Assembly (NCBI RefSeq): GCF_000372725.1
Contig: NW_005202428.1
Span: 1,473,331 to 1,537,330 of the forward strand
DNA: 64,000 nucleotides
Reading direction: 5' to 3'
Source: Emiliania huxleyi CCMP1516
Taxonomy: Eukaryota
Shown here: one piece after another, positions 23,653 to 34,494 of the stretch
Layout: each line of letters begins with the position of its first letter
Numbering within the stretch: position 1 is the stretch's first letter
Notes under the pieces: generated by a model
What the model was told of the DNA's origin: nothing
The model's database searches: none
What the model saw: the letters and a program-made list of their open reading frames with translations, nothing else
Program-made: the position numbers and the translations under genes

Positions 23653-23819
23653 CCCTCCTACGCAGATACGACAAAATACGTCTGCTCATGGCGCCGAGCC
23701 CTGGTCTGGACACCAGATCGGCCCCCCGCCCCTAACATTAGCCTCTCCCAGCCGCTCTGTCGGCCATAATGTTAGGGGCGGGGGGGCCAAAATCACGCAA
23801 AACCATCTGCGTAGGAGGG
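23653..23819. mobile_element. piggyBac-like MITE, 167 bp, copy 1
   Basis: TTAA|ccctcctacgcagat ... atctgcgtaggaggg|TTAA (15-bp TIR), with an internal inverted repeat ggccccccgcccctaacatta. Confidence 0.9.
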
Positions 23820-24770
23820 TTAATGCGCCAAGTTCAGAACATATATATAGACTGGAGTGGCGATGGGTGCGTTACAAACAGTGATCGGGCACTGCCGCCG
23901 ATCGATGCTTGGCCGCCGTGAGTCAAGCCAGCCCCAAACTGCGGAGCTCCACTTGCACAGACCGCTCACAGCGGTCACGAGCTGGCCCGCTGGCCGCCTT
24001 AGCCCGGCCACAATCGCGGCACAGTCTCTGTCATGTGTCGACGCCGAGACAGTGCAGCCAGCGCAGCCAGAGCATGCCGGCATGGGGTGAGACGGACCAG
24101 CAACGCAGCGCTGAGCAATGCACGCGCACGGCACGGGTCAGGCACGACTCCTACAGTCGCGATGCCACCACACCGAACGGCTGGCAGCGACAGCCAATGC
24201 CAATGCATGCTGAGGACGAGTGGCGGCGTGCAGCTGCTGACCAACAAATTATCGCCGCGACTCATCCGTAAAGCCGCCACGCGACCAACTCGTGCACAGG
24301 CGGCCATACTGAGCGCGATGGCGACACAGCTGGGTGCGAGATAGCGGCCTCCGACCCGTCTCGCGCATTATCTCGGCCTCGTCGAGCAGTACCAGTGACG
24401 CGTCCTGTGCCGGCGAGGATGATGAAGCGAGGTGCTCGCGCAGAGTGTGTGCTTCAACAGCGGCGCGAGACCACCGATTAGCTCGGCGATCGACGACACA
24501 CACACGCACGACTCGTCTGCGAGTGATCTCGGCCGCGTTTCTGTCGTCGAGATGGCCGTATCGAGGCTGCCGGCTGCCGGGAAGACGGTATCAGCAGGCG
24601 TTCCAGAAGGCGCGAAATCATGTATTTACTCGCGCGAAGAGCAGCGCGATGGTCCGAGAAGGGTGTGGCGGGAGCAGTTGGATGTACGGGAAGGGAGTCG
24701 GAGGTTGCATCAGCCCTAAATGAATCTCTAATCAAAGATATACCCCCTATATACTCTTCTAATGCATGAT

Positions 24771-24889
24771 TTTGGACTGTGAATGTGATGTTCCACAGTA
24801 GATGGAGTAACATTTGAATGAAAAGAGCATTTGAATGAGGTGTGAATAGCATTTGAATGAGGTGTGGAACATCACATTCACAGTCCAAA
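24771..24889. repeat. 27-bp perfect inverted repeat enclosing three catttgaatga direct repeats
   Basis: tttggactgtgaatgtgatgttccaca (24771-24797) and tgtggaacatcacattcacagtccaaa (24863-24889). Confidence 0.9.
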
Positions 24890-25850
24890 GTAAAGAATAT
24901 AGGTACTATGCGAAGCAATCCGCCGTGATCTCGAGGTGAACAGCGTCTGCGAGCTTCGACGATCTCTCGCTAGTGTGTCACTCAAACGCGTTTCTCTGTA
25001 GGTGAGCTGCTTGCTGCTGGCGCCAGCTGTGCGACACTCTCAGCCGAGCTCTGAGCCGCTCCTCGCCCCGTGTCGTAGGCCATTCGACGGCTCATGCGCT
25101 AGGTTCGCCCATGGCAGCGTGCGGCTTGCCGCGCGTCGCTGCCGTCTTGCTCGCGGCAGCACCAGCTCTGTCGCGCCCGCTGCCGCCGCCCTCGGCCAAC
25201 ACGGTCGCGCCGGGTCTACCCGGTGTCCCTCTCGCCGTCGCCAGCGCGCGCAGAACCGGAACCGCCGACGAAACCGCCTATAGGTGTGCTACGCGCCGAG
25301 GCACCGTCGGGCCGGCCACCAGCCGTCGCCGCCACCACACTCGCTGCCCTCGGCTCCGCCGCCCTTGTGCGAGCTGCATCGCTGACATATTAAGCTACGT
25401 GTGAGTCACTCTCCGCCCTCGGCGCGACTAGTCAGCAGTAGCGAGTGTGTGCGTCGCTGCTAGAGCCGGCCGAGGCACTCCCGAGGGCTCCTCGCAGCGA
25501 CTCGAGCGGGTCCGAATTCACTCGGCGACCGGTAAACTAGCGACGGTGTCACTTTTCAAAGACGTACGTAACACGCGGACCGCCTCCCCCACCGTGCGAT
25601 TGCCTTCAGTGGCCGCCAGACGTCCGGACCGCTCGCTTCTTGTGTGCAGCAGGGATTGCTGGCGAATGCCGCAAGTGGCTTTGGTGCTCGCGAGCACCCT
25701 CGCATACCCTTTCTTCGGCCTAGGGCCAAGCCTCCGGTCCCGTGCCGCCCACATGTTGCCCGACTTGGATGCCTGAGGCACGGCTGTGGCCGGTAGTGCA
25801 CGAAAAACGAGAAAACAGGCATTTTCGATTTCGCCGACTTTGCCCATTAA

Positions 25851-26017
25851 CCCTCCTACGCAGATACGACAAAATACGTCTGCTCATGGCGCCGAGCCCT
25901 GGTCTGGACACCAGATCGGCCCCCCGCCCCTAACATTAGCCTCTCCCAGCCGCTCTGTCGGCCATAATGTTAGGGGCGGGGGGGCCAAAATCACGCAAAA
26001 CCATCTGCGTAGGAGGG
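25851..26017. mobile_element. piggyBac-like MITE, 167 bp, copy 2
   Basis: Same sequence and orientation as 23653-23819. TTAA at 25847-25850 and 26018-26021. Confidence 0.9.
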
Positions 26018-26620
26018 TTAATGCCCGCAACCCACTGTATGCATTGCCCATCCCAGGGCTATCACCTGGACCTATCAACAGGCGCCTGCAGCGCCGTGCT
26101 CAGGAGCTGCTGCTCCAACCTGCGCACACTTCCGCCGAGCTGTGGCAGGCCATCGCCCAGTCCGCGGCATTGATGAACGCTCGCCCGCCGAGCCGGTTCC
26201 GCCTCTTCCTCCGCTGGCTCCTCGCCCCGCTGCTCATCATGTATGGCAAGCGCAAGCCGGAGCACCTTCACGCACTTCGCTTCCACCGTTTTGAAACCGA
26301 GGACGACGTGGAGGAGGTTGATCGTCAAATGATCGCTGATGGCCTTGCGCAGGCGCGCTCCGTGTCAGCGCGCGGCAATGCGGCGTACAGAAGAAAGAAA
26401 GAAAGAAAACAGACCAAACGAGGGATGGGAGGAGGACAGGGTCCCCGCCTGCACGAGCAGGATTTGGGGAAAGAAAACAGAAAACAAAGAAACAAAACAG
26501 ACGACCCCTAGGTAGGTTTGTAGGTGGCCCCTTGGGACGGAGGAGGTACCGAAAAAAGAAGAGAAATGCCGAGCAGGAGGATACCGCACAGTTCACCTTC
26601 GACGTGCCACACCAAAATCG

Positions 26621-28900
26621 ATGAGCAAGAGAAAGCGCGGTAACGACGAGCAAGCGGCGGCGGCTCCAGCGGGCGCTTCGGGCGACGCGCCGCCTCTGAG
26701 GGCGGCTCTGCCGTTTGCGTTGCCCTCGCCCGTCTATCTCACGCTCGGCCGCGATGACGTCGACAAGGCGCTGTCGCGCCTCGGGTTTGAGTCGTGCCGT
26801 GCGCTGGGGCTGGACGTGGAGGCGCGGCCGACGTTTCGGCGCAGCGGCGGCTCGAACCCGGTGGACACGATCCAGCTGTGCTCCGACCAGGCATGCGCCG
26901 TCGTCTCGCTCGGCCGCGCTGCGCGGCTCCCGCCTCTCCTCAGCAGGCTCGTCGCTTCGGTGCGCCGCCACCGCCGCCTCCCGGCCCATCCGTGGGCCCG
27001 CGAGCCGCTCTGCACCCTGCCCGCGTGACATGCTCAGGCCAGCGTCCTCAAGTTTGGCGCCGGGGTCGGAGACGACATCAAGCTGCTCGCCGGCCGGTTC
27101 CCGGAAGCCTTCTCGGCCGCCGACGGCGGCGGCGGAGGCGCGAGCGCGAGCGCGTGCGTGGAGCTGGCCGTCCTCGCGCCGCTCACGGGCGCGGTTGATG
27201 CCTGCGCGCCCCCCTACGGCCTCAAGCGCCTCGCCGCTCACTTCGGCCTCGACGGCTCCGCCAAGGACGGCTGCCCCGAGCCGCCTGGGAGCCTCAGCCG
27301 CCCTTGCCCATAGGGCTGGAGCTCGACAAGCCGAAGCGGATCCAGATGTCGGACTGGTCGCGCGTGCCGCTCTCGGCGCCGCAGATTCAGTACGCGGCGC
27401 TCGACGCGGCGGTCTCGCGCTGGTCTCGCCGCCTCAGATGCACGCACACGCACACGCGCTCTTCCGGCAGGCTGCCACTTGGTGATGCACTTGGGTGTAT
27501 GCACACGACGGGGACGGTCAAGGACGGGCACGGCAACACCGGGGATGGGGTGGACACACACGCTAGCCGCAAGAGGAGCTGAGAGGAAGATTTGCGGCTA
27601 GCTAGCTGTGGCCAGCTCCACCGACCCTCGCGGCCGGAGCTCACCGGCGGCCGACTCGCGCTGCAGGCTCGCCGCGGTGCTGCTCGGCGTGTCGCACTGC
27701 GAAGGCCTCGCCGCGGCGGCCGCCCCGCATGCCGTGCGCGACATGTCCGGGACACGTCCATGACATGTCGAGACACATGTCCACAGGCGGCCGCCCCATA
27801 CGCCGGGCTCGGAGGCGGGGGCGCGACGATCGCGACCCTGCTGCGCGTGCAGGCGGACGGCTCGTGCGACTCGCTCGCGGTCTTGCCGCCGGTCAGCTCC
27901 AGCCACTGCAGCACCCCCCCCCCCCCCCCCCTCACCCCTCCACCGTGCATCCCCCCCCCCCCACCCCCTCGCCTCGGCATGCGCCTCTTCCACCCCCTTC
28001 CCACGCCCCTGCGCTCCGCCGAATACTCTCCCGCAGCAGTGCCCGCCCCTGGGCATGGGCCAAAGCGCCATGACACGTCCACGACATGTCCACCACCTGC
28101 CCACGACCCGGCCCGCGCAGGCCGCGCGCCGCATCTTCCTCGCAGCAGCCGAGCGGCGCGACGCCGAAAGGCTGGCCAAGGGAGAGAGGAAGCGCGCTGG
28201 CAAGGCGGCGAAGAAGGCGGCGGCCGCGGCGGCCGCGGCCGCTACGACGGCGGCGGGGGCGGCGGCAGCGGCGGCGGCAATGGTGGCGGCGGCGGCGGCC
28301 ACTGCTTCCGCCGTGCCCTCCCCCCTCTCGCATTCCGCCCCGCCCGCCCTGGCCGCACCCTCCACCGCCACCGCGCCTGTCGCCGCCGCCTCTGCCACCG
28401 CCTCTGCCGCCGCCGCCTCTGCCGCCGCTCCTGCCGCTGCCGCCTCCTCCCTCGCCGCCGGCTCCCCAGCCGCGATCCGTGCGGCGCCGCAGCCATCACA
28501 ACTGCCGCAGCCGCTGGCTGCGCCCGGCCCGTGGAGCTGCATGTGCGGCCTGCAGTGCCGGACGCTAGATGCCGAGAGCAGAATCCTAGCCTTCTACCTG
28601 CGCTCGAGAAGACGCGTCCCGCTGCGTCGTATTCACGAGCCGCCCTGTCCTTTTAGGTGCTGGACGCCCGAGTGTTTCCGCTGCGGCCGCCTCAAGGGCG
28701 GTGGGGGCCCGCCGCCGGCCGCTTCGCACCAGAGGAGCGCCAAGCCGAGCCATCGGCGGCGTAAGCACCTCGACCACGCGAAAGCTCGGCATCAACGTGG
28801 GCAGTGTGGTGAGGGAGGCGGAGGCGCGTCGGCGCCGCCCAAGAAGCGGCGGAAAAAGGTGCCCGCGCAGAGGGATAATGGACTCCGAGCGGCGATCTGA
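26621..28900 (+). CDS. WRN/EXD2-type DEDDy 3'-5' exonuclease with a C-terminal extension containing a possible RanBP2-type zinc finger; multi-exon
   Basis: ExoI ALGLDVEARPTF, TIQLC, VLKFGAGVGDDIKLL, YGLKRLAAHF, LDKPKRIQMSDWSRVPLSAPQIQYAALDA (ExoIII). Later GPWSCMCGLQ|CWTPECFRCG. The 3' exon structure is less certain. Confidence 0.85.
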
Positions 28901-29306
28901 GATCGTTGTATACACAAAGTGTGAGCGTGTCTCTCAGTGGCTCGTGCTATTACCTACATTATACGCTATATAATATGGTATATAGAGACCGGTAGAGAGG
29001 GCCCGAGAGAGGCGCGCAGCGCTGAACAGTGTCAGTGACAAGCCTCACTCGCTCTCAGCTGGAGCTGCGGACACCGAACGCTCAATGCACCCACCGAGCA
29101 CCGTACCGAGCTACTAGTAATACACTATACAGTCTGATTCACATGAATTATTCAATACACATATTCACATGCACATGCTACACATGTGTATGTGCATGCA
29201 TGTGGCGCATCTGTTCGCTCGCGGATGCTCGGTGTATGTGGCTGCCTCCCCGACAGCGGAGGCCCAGCCTCGCGCGCCCTGCGCGTCGAAGCGAGGTCCG
29301 GCGGCG

Positions 29307-29873
29307 TCACTCCTTCTTGAAGGCCTTGAGCAGCGTCAGGGCAGTAAGCGGCAGGTGGATCAGGTGCTGCATCTTCCACATCTTGGCCTTGTAGTTGGTG
29401 TCGTCCTGCGAGTTCATAAACAGGAGAGGGACGAAGCCGAGGCTGCCCAGACCGAACTGCTTGGCCAGCATGGTCGACTCCTTGTCGATGAGGTAGCCAG
29501 CCGAGAGGGCGCAGAACATGACGCCGGTGAAGCGGGAGAAGAAGAGGCCGATCGCCGACTCGTCGCCGATGTTCTTCTTTGTGTACGAGATGATGCCGTC
29601 CGGGCCAAAGAACTTGTCGTGATTAACAAGGAGGGGGACGCCGTACCCGCCATAGTAAAGCGCGTTCTGTGGGGCAGAGGCGGCGTGGTGGACGATGGTA
29701 GACGGCGGCGTGGGTTATGTGAGCGGTGGGCCGGTTCGCACCACGAGATTGACCGTCGGGATGTCGATCTCGCCGCCGCGGAGCTTGAGGACAGGCTTGG
29801 GGACGCTGGTCTTTGAGACCTTGAGCGCGGAGGCCGTGGCGAGCGTGGCGAGAAGGGTAAACTTGGCGAGCAT
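29307..29873 (-). CDS. Small membrane protein with a signal peptide and LRGG motif, 2 exons
   Basis: MLAKFTLLATLATASA|LKVSKTSVPKPVLKLRGG. GT-AG intron about 29667-29741 joins to NALYYGGYGVPLLV...LLKAFKKE*. Confidence 0.8.
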
Positions 29874-30076
29874 TGATGAGGGTGCGACTGCGACAGCCGA
29901 GGTTTGCCGGCGGGCCCTTGCCCAAACCCGCCCCCCTTGCCTATAGTGGTGCCGAGTCACGATCAGCGTGCTTGCTTGCTAGCTTAATCCATAACCCTTG
30001 TCGCCATCGCAGCAGAGTGACTCGTTGGTGGTCACGCGGCGCGGAACGGTCTGCTGTTATTTACCCGTGCAGACCT

Positions 30077-30927
30077 GGTGAACCTTCTTTTCTACCAGGC
30101 TAGGATTGAGAGCAGCCTCGCTCTCAACCCTAGAAGTCGAAGGATTGTGAGCAGCACTCCTCGCAATCGTAGCATCTCTGTGCGATTGTGAGCGCCCACG
30201 CTCGCAATCCTACATCTTCTAGGACTAAGAGCAGCTCCGCTCCCAAGATGACTGGTGACGCCTACGAGCTACGTGCTACGACTACTACCAGCGCGCTCGC
30301 AATCCGAGCAAAGTCTAGGATTGCGAGCAGCACTGCTCACAATCCTAGCGACAAGCCTCCGATTGCGAGCAGGAGCGCTCGCAATCCTAGAACTTTCGCC
30401 GATTGCGAGCGACACCGCCCACAGTCCTACGACTTCTCTAGGATTGCGAGCGGGTCCCCTCGCAATCGGTGCGAGCACTGTTGGATTGTGAGGAGACCTC
30501 CCCCGGCCGGCGCGCTCACTCACAAGCGCTCGCGGCTGGAGCGATTGGGAGCGCCCCCTGTGCGCATGCTAGCAATCCTTGGATCTTTGGTACGATTGTG
30601 AGCACCGCCGCTCATAGTCCTACAAGATGTAGGATTGCGAGCGCTCCTGCTCGCAATCGGAGGCATGTTGCTAGGATTGTGAGCAGTGCTGCTCGCAATC
30701 CTAGACTTTGCTCGGATTGCGAGCGCGCTGGTAGTAGTCGTAGGCGTCACCAGTCATCTTGGGAGCGGAGCTGCTCTTTCTTAGTCCTAGAAGATGTAGG
30801 ATTGCGAGCGTAGGCGCTCACAATCGCACAGAGATGCTACGCTTGCGAGGAGTGCTGCTTTAATTCTTCGACTTCTAGGGTTGAGAGCGAGGCTGCTCTC
30901 AATCCTAGCCTAGTACAAAAGATCACC
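30077..30927. mobile_element. Foldback/Mutator-like non-autonomous element, 851 bp, long inverted arms, 9-bp TSD TGCAGACCT
   Basis: Ends ggtga.../...tcacc. Arms of about 300 bp are reverse-complementary and built from gattg(c/t)gagc subrepeats. tgcagacct at 30068-30076 and 30928-30936. Confidence 0.9.
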
Positions 30928-31062
30928 TGCAGACCTCGAGTGCACGACTCGAAAAATAACAACCTTCTCCGCTGCGCTGGCGCCGCTGTGCGCTCGTACA
31001 CAGCCGCCGCGTGTGGCGCTGGGTGGGTGTCCGATCTTGTCCGCCGCCACGGGTGTGGCAGA

Positions 31063-32859
31063 ATGCGCACGATGCAGCTGATGCTCGGGACGCTTGCGGT
31101 CGGGTGTGTCCTCATCGTCAAGGAGGCGCTGCCCTTCTTTGGCGGTGCCGCCTCAGAGGGAGGTGCAGCGGCGCCTCAGGACGGCTACCTGAGCCTGCAG
31201 GCTACGGAGCCGAGCGCTCGGGTGCTGGCCGGCGCAGACAGGCGCGACGCGTCCGCGAGCCTGCGGGAAGCCATGGCGGCGCCGCAAGTGGCTTCGCTGG
31301 CATACGCTACCAATGCGTCGCACAGGACAGGCTCCGCAAGGCCGGCCGCACTCAGCACGGCCCCGGACATGATCCATGCCGGCGGCCACACATCTAGCGC
31401 GCCGATACAGCGCTGGGCGACTGCCGTTACCGCCATCGGAGGCAACGTCTCCGCCGCCGCGGCTGCAAAGCGAACGAGCTATGCGAGCACTGGACCAGTG
31501 CCTTGGACTGGAGGCGCCTCCTCTTAGAGGTGGCGATGCCAGCCGCCCGCCGCGCGTTCAACAAGCCCCGATCACGACCCACCTGTAGGCGAGCCTCCGT
31601 TTATAGCCTTGGGCATCGTCTCGAACGTGATGTGGGCGGACAGCTTTGCGCGGCGGAGGTGGATCCGCCAGACGTGGAAGACATACTCGAACGTGGGCCG
31701 CACGATGCATGTTGTCTTCATCGTCGGCATGCTCCAGAGCGACCTCTCTCCCATCCCGGGCGAGGTGGAACAGAAGCTGCGCGCCGAGGCGGCCGAGCAC
31801 GGAGGTGCGCCTTGTCGAGAGCTGCGAGTGAACGGCTGGTCGGCACTGGCTGTGCCGCCGGCATGCGCCTGTGATACGCACCTGCCTCTATCACCGCCAT
31901 CGGTCCAGGCTGAGGGGCGATCGCGCCACCATCACTCACCCCTCCCCTCCCCCACCGCACGCTTCAGACTTGCTGCTGCTCGACGATGTGCCGGAGCGAA
32001 AATCGCCCTGCCTCAAGACGATGGCGTGGTTCCGCCACGCCGTGCACACCTACTCGGGCGCCACCTTCATCGCCAAGACCGACGACGACGCGTTTGTGCA
32101 GACCATCAAGCTCGAGGCAAACATCCGCCCTTTCACACAGACGCCGCGCGTATACATTGGCTCGACGCTCTGGGGCTCGTTCGTCACAAAGACATTCGAG
32201 CCTTGCGCGCGGCGGATGGGGCCGAATATGTGCGCCGGCGGGATGAAGGAGGAAAACTGCGTCCAAAAGGGCGCAATCGGGCCGTACCCGTACGCGGTGG
32301 GTATGCTTCAGGCGAGGGCTCAGCCACACCCGCTCACGGCGGGCTGAGTGCATCTGCCCGGCACGCGGTGCTGACTGCTGGCCCGTCGCTCCCGGTGCTG
32401 CAGGTGCTCTCTTACGGCGTCGCTGCATGGATGGTGCAGCAGGACGCCTTCCTCGACTTTGAGCAACGAGCGACTGCCGCGACGCGACCGCCGATGATGA
32501 CGCAGGGCGAGGACATGGTGATAGGCATGTTCCTCTACCTATCGCCTTGGCCGCTGATGCCGCTGCACTGGGGCTGGGACAAGCTGCACGACCTGTGCTT
32601 CAAGTGCACTCGCAAGGACCAGATCTGGCGGCCAATCACCGTCCAGACCGTCGTCGCCCACCACATTGCAAATGAGCAGATTATCACGGAGGTTTTCCGC
32701 AACATCACGCACGGCAGCCACTTCGACCCGCGCCCGTGCGACGACGCCTGCCAGCAGAAGCTGCTGCCGTTCGAAGTGACCAGCCTCGAAGACCTGTGCA
32801 GCCGAGCGGGCGGCAGCATCCGCAAAGTGTACAGCAAATGCGCACTCGTGCCGAAATAG
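31063..32859 (+). CDS. GT31-family beta-1,3-galactosyltransferase-like type II membrane protein, multi-exon
   Basis: N-terminal TM, RRRWIRQTW, VVFIVG, LRAEAAEHG|DLLLLD, FIAKTDDDAFV (DxD), PYPYAVGMLQ|VLS, GEDMVIGMFL. Confidence 0.9.
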
Positions 32860-33159
32860 TGGTCGTGGGGCGAGCTTGGCGGGAGGGAGTCAGCACACGG
32901 GGCCACTCGCAGCGCAGCTGGAGCTGCCCGTTTTTTGAGATACTGAAAGTTAAACGTCAGGGGCGGGGAACCCGCAATTTGAGATGCTGAGGGCATTTTG
33001 AGTTGCAAATCATCTCTCGCCCGGGTTGCGGGTATGGCTCTTTACCAGAGCTTGTACGTGAAAGCCGAAGTTCTGACTGTCGTTGCTGTTTCTCGACTGT
33101 CTGTGCTTGTGCGTCTTGGGTGGTCCGGGGTTGTGTTTTTGTGTGTGGCCACACCGGAA

Positions 33160-33272
33160 CACTTGGAGCACTTGGAGTGCAGTCTGTGCAGTCATCAGCC
33201 GCACATCATCCAGAGCCGGGGTGCGGGGAGCTAAGAAGCGCACCCAGCGGGCCGGATGATTGGGATCGGGTT
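33160..33272 (+). repeat. Dispersed repeat of about 100-115 bp, copy 2
   Basis: Matches 7296-7395. Confidence 0.85.
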
Positions 33273-34494
33273 GCGGGCAAGAGAGCGCCTGGGGGGTGCG
33301 CGTTGCAGGGAAGGGCCAAAGCACGGGGGTTAGTCCGCGCTTCGGGTTATACAAGGGGCGCGAGACTAGAATTCTCTTTTCCCTCAAGCTGCTTCAAGCC
33401 GTCATGGGCAGCCCTGCGCGGCGACGTTCTGGCGCGTGGCAATCGCCGCCCATTTCGCAGGGTGTGAGGTCGACGCGCCCCAATAACGTCTCTTCGCACC
33501 AGCCTCCAAGGCGTTGGACCTCCGCTGACGAGCGCTGCGGTGCGGCTGAGTTGGAGCACCGTCCGCGGAAAACCGTGTGCATCTGTCCGGTATGCTTCGT
33601 ACCGACCGCCCCCGGCCAGCTTGCGTTCGCCACCCGCCTTCGACAGCGGCAGCGGCAGGAGTACGTGGCGTGGCAGCGATCGCTAAAGCCGTATGCCCGC
33701 TCGCCGTCGTTTGCTGAGGAGGAGAGGCTGCTGCTTGTGCGGGCGGACGGCGAGCGGGCGCGGTCTGCGCGTACTGCCCGAAGGTCATCACTCTCGGGCC
33801 ACGCGAAAAAAGGCTTGGTCACGGAGCGGCTAAAGGCGCTGCAGGGGGCGGGCGCAGACACGCCTCAAAAGGGTCCCAGGAGGCCCTTGGAGGAGGCCCA
33901 CGGACAATGATGACAGGGGTCTGGTGGCGTGCCCCTGCTACGCAGAGACCCAGATGTTCATGCGAGCACTCTAACCGCTTCGGCGCTCGGCGGTGCACGC
34001 ACGCACGGGGATGAATCAACCTCACTTGTCTGCTCTTTCACCCCGCCGCAGAGCCGCCGGTGTGCAGCGCGAGAGCCGGAGAGGATTAGAGCGTCTCAGA
34101 AGGAGTGTCGCAGATGGGAGATCCGGGGAGTGAGCCATTCGTAGTCGGTTATCTATGGCTATAAACAAAGCTCGGTCAGCTCAGTAGTGTGAGAGGAGAG
34201 GAGAGTGACTCCTCTCATATCCTCGCGAGAGACGTGTGTGACACTGAGAGAGCGACCCACGCAACGACCAAAACGTGTGCGGCCGCGCGTCGTCAATGGA
34301 CAAAATGCACACACTCGAGTGGGGGGGGACGGGGTCGAGAGAGACACGAGACTCGGAGGCTCCGACGAGCGACTATCTTCGACTCTTTGGACTCTTGTCC
34401 GAGCGGGACTTCGAATCTCAACACGTATCTAGACGTTCGGCGGTGCGCACGTCGGACCGAGGACAGAGACCACCGCTCGCCCGCGCCCCGCTGC

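Noticed and set aside
23653..26017. Direct repeats of 167 bp read as LTRs of a retrotransposon
   Set aside because: No TG..CA ends, primer-binding site or gag/pol; each repeat has its own TIRs and TTAA duplication.
30188..30813. ORFs within the large palindrome
   Set aside because: By-products of the foldback element's subrepeats; no transposase motifs.
33260..33910. 216-aa ORF with a CICPVC motif
   Set aside because: Non-ATG start, no recognisable domain and adjacent to a dispersed repeat; not enough support.
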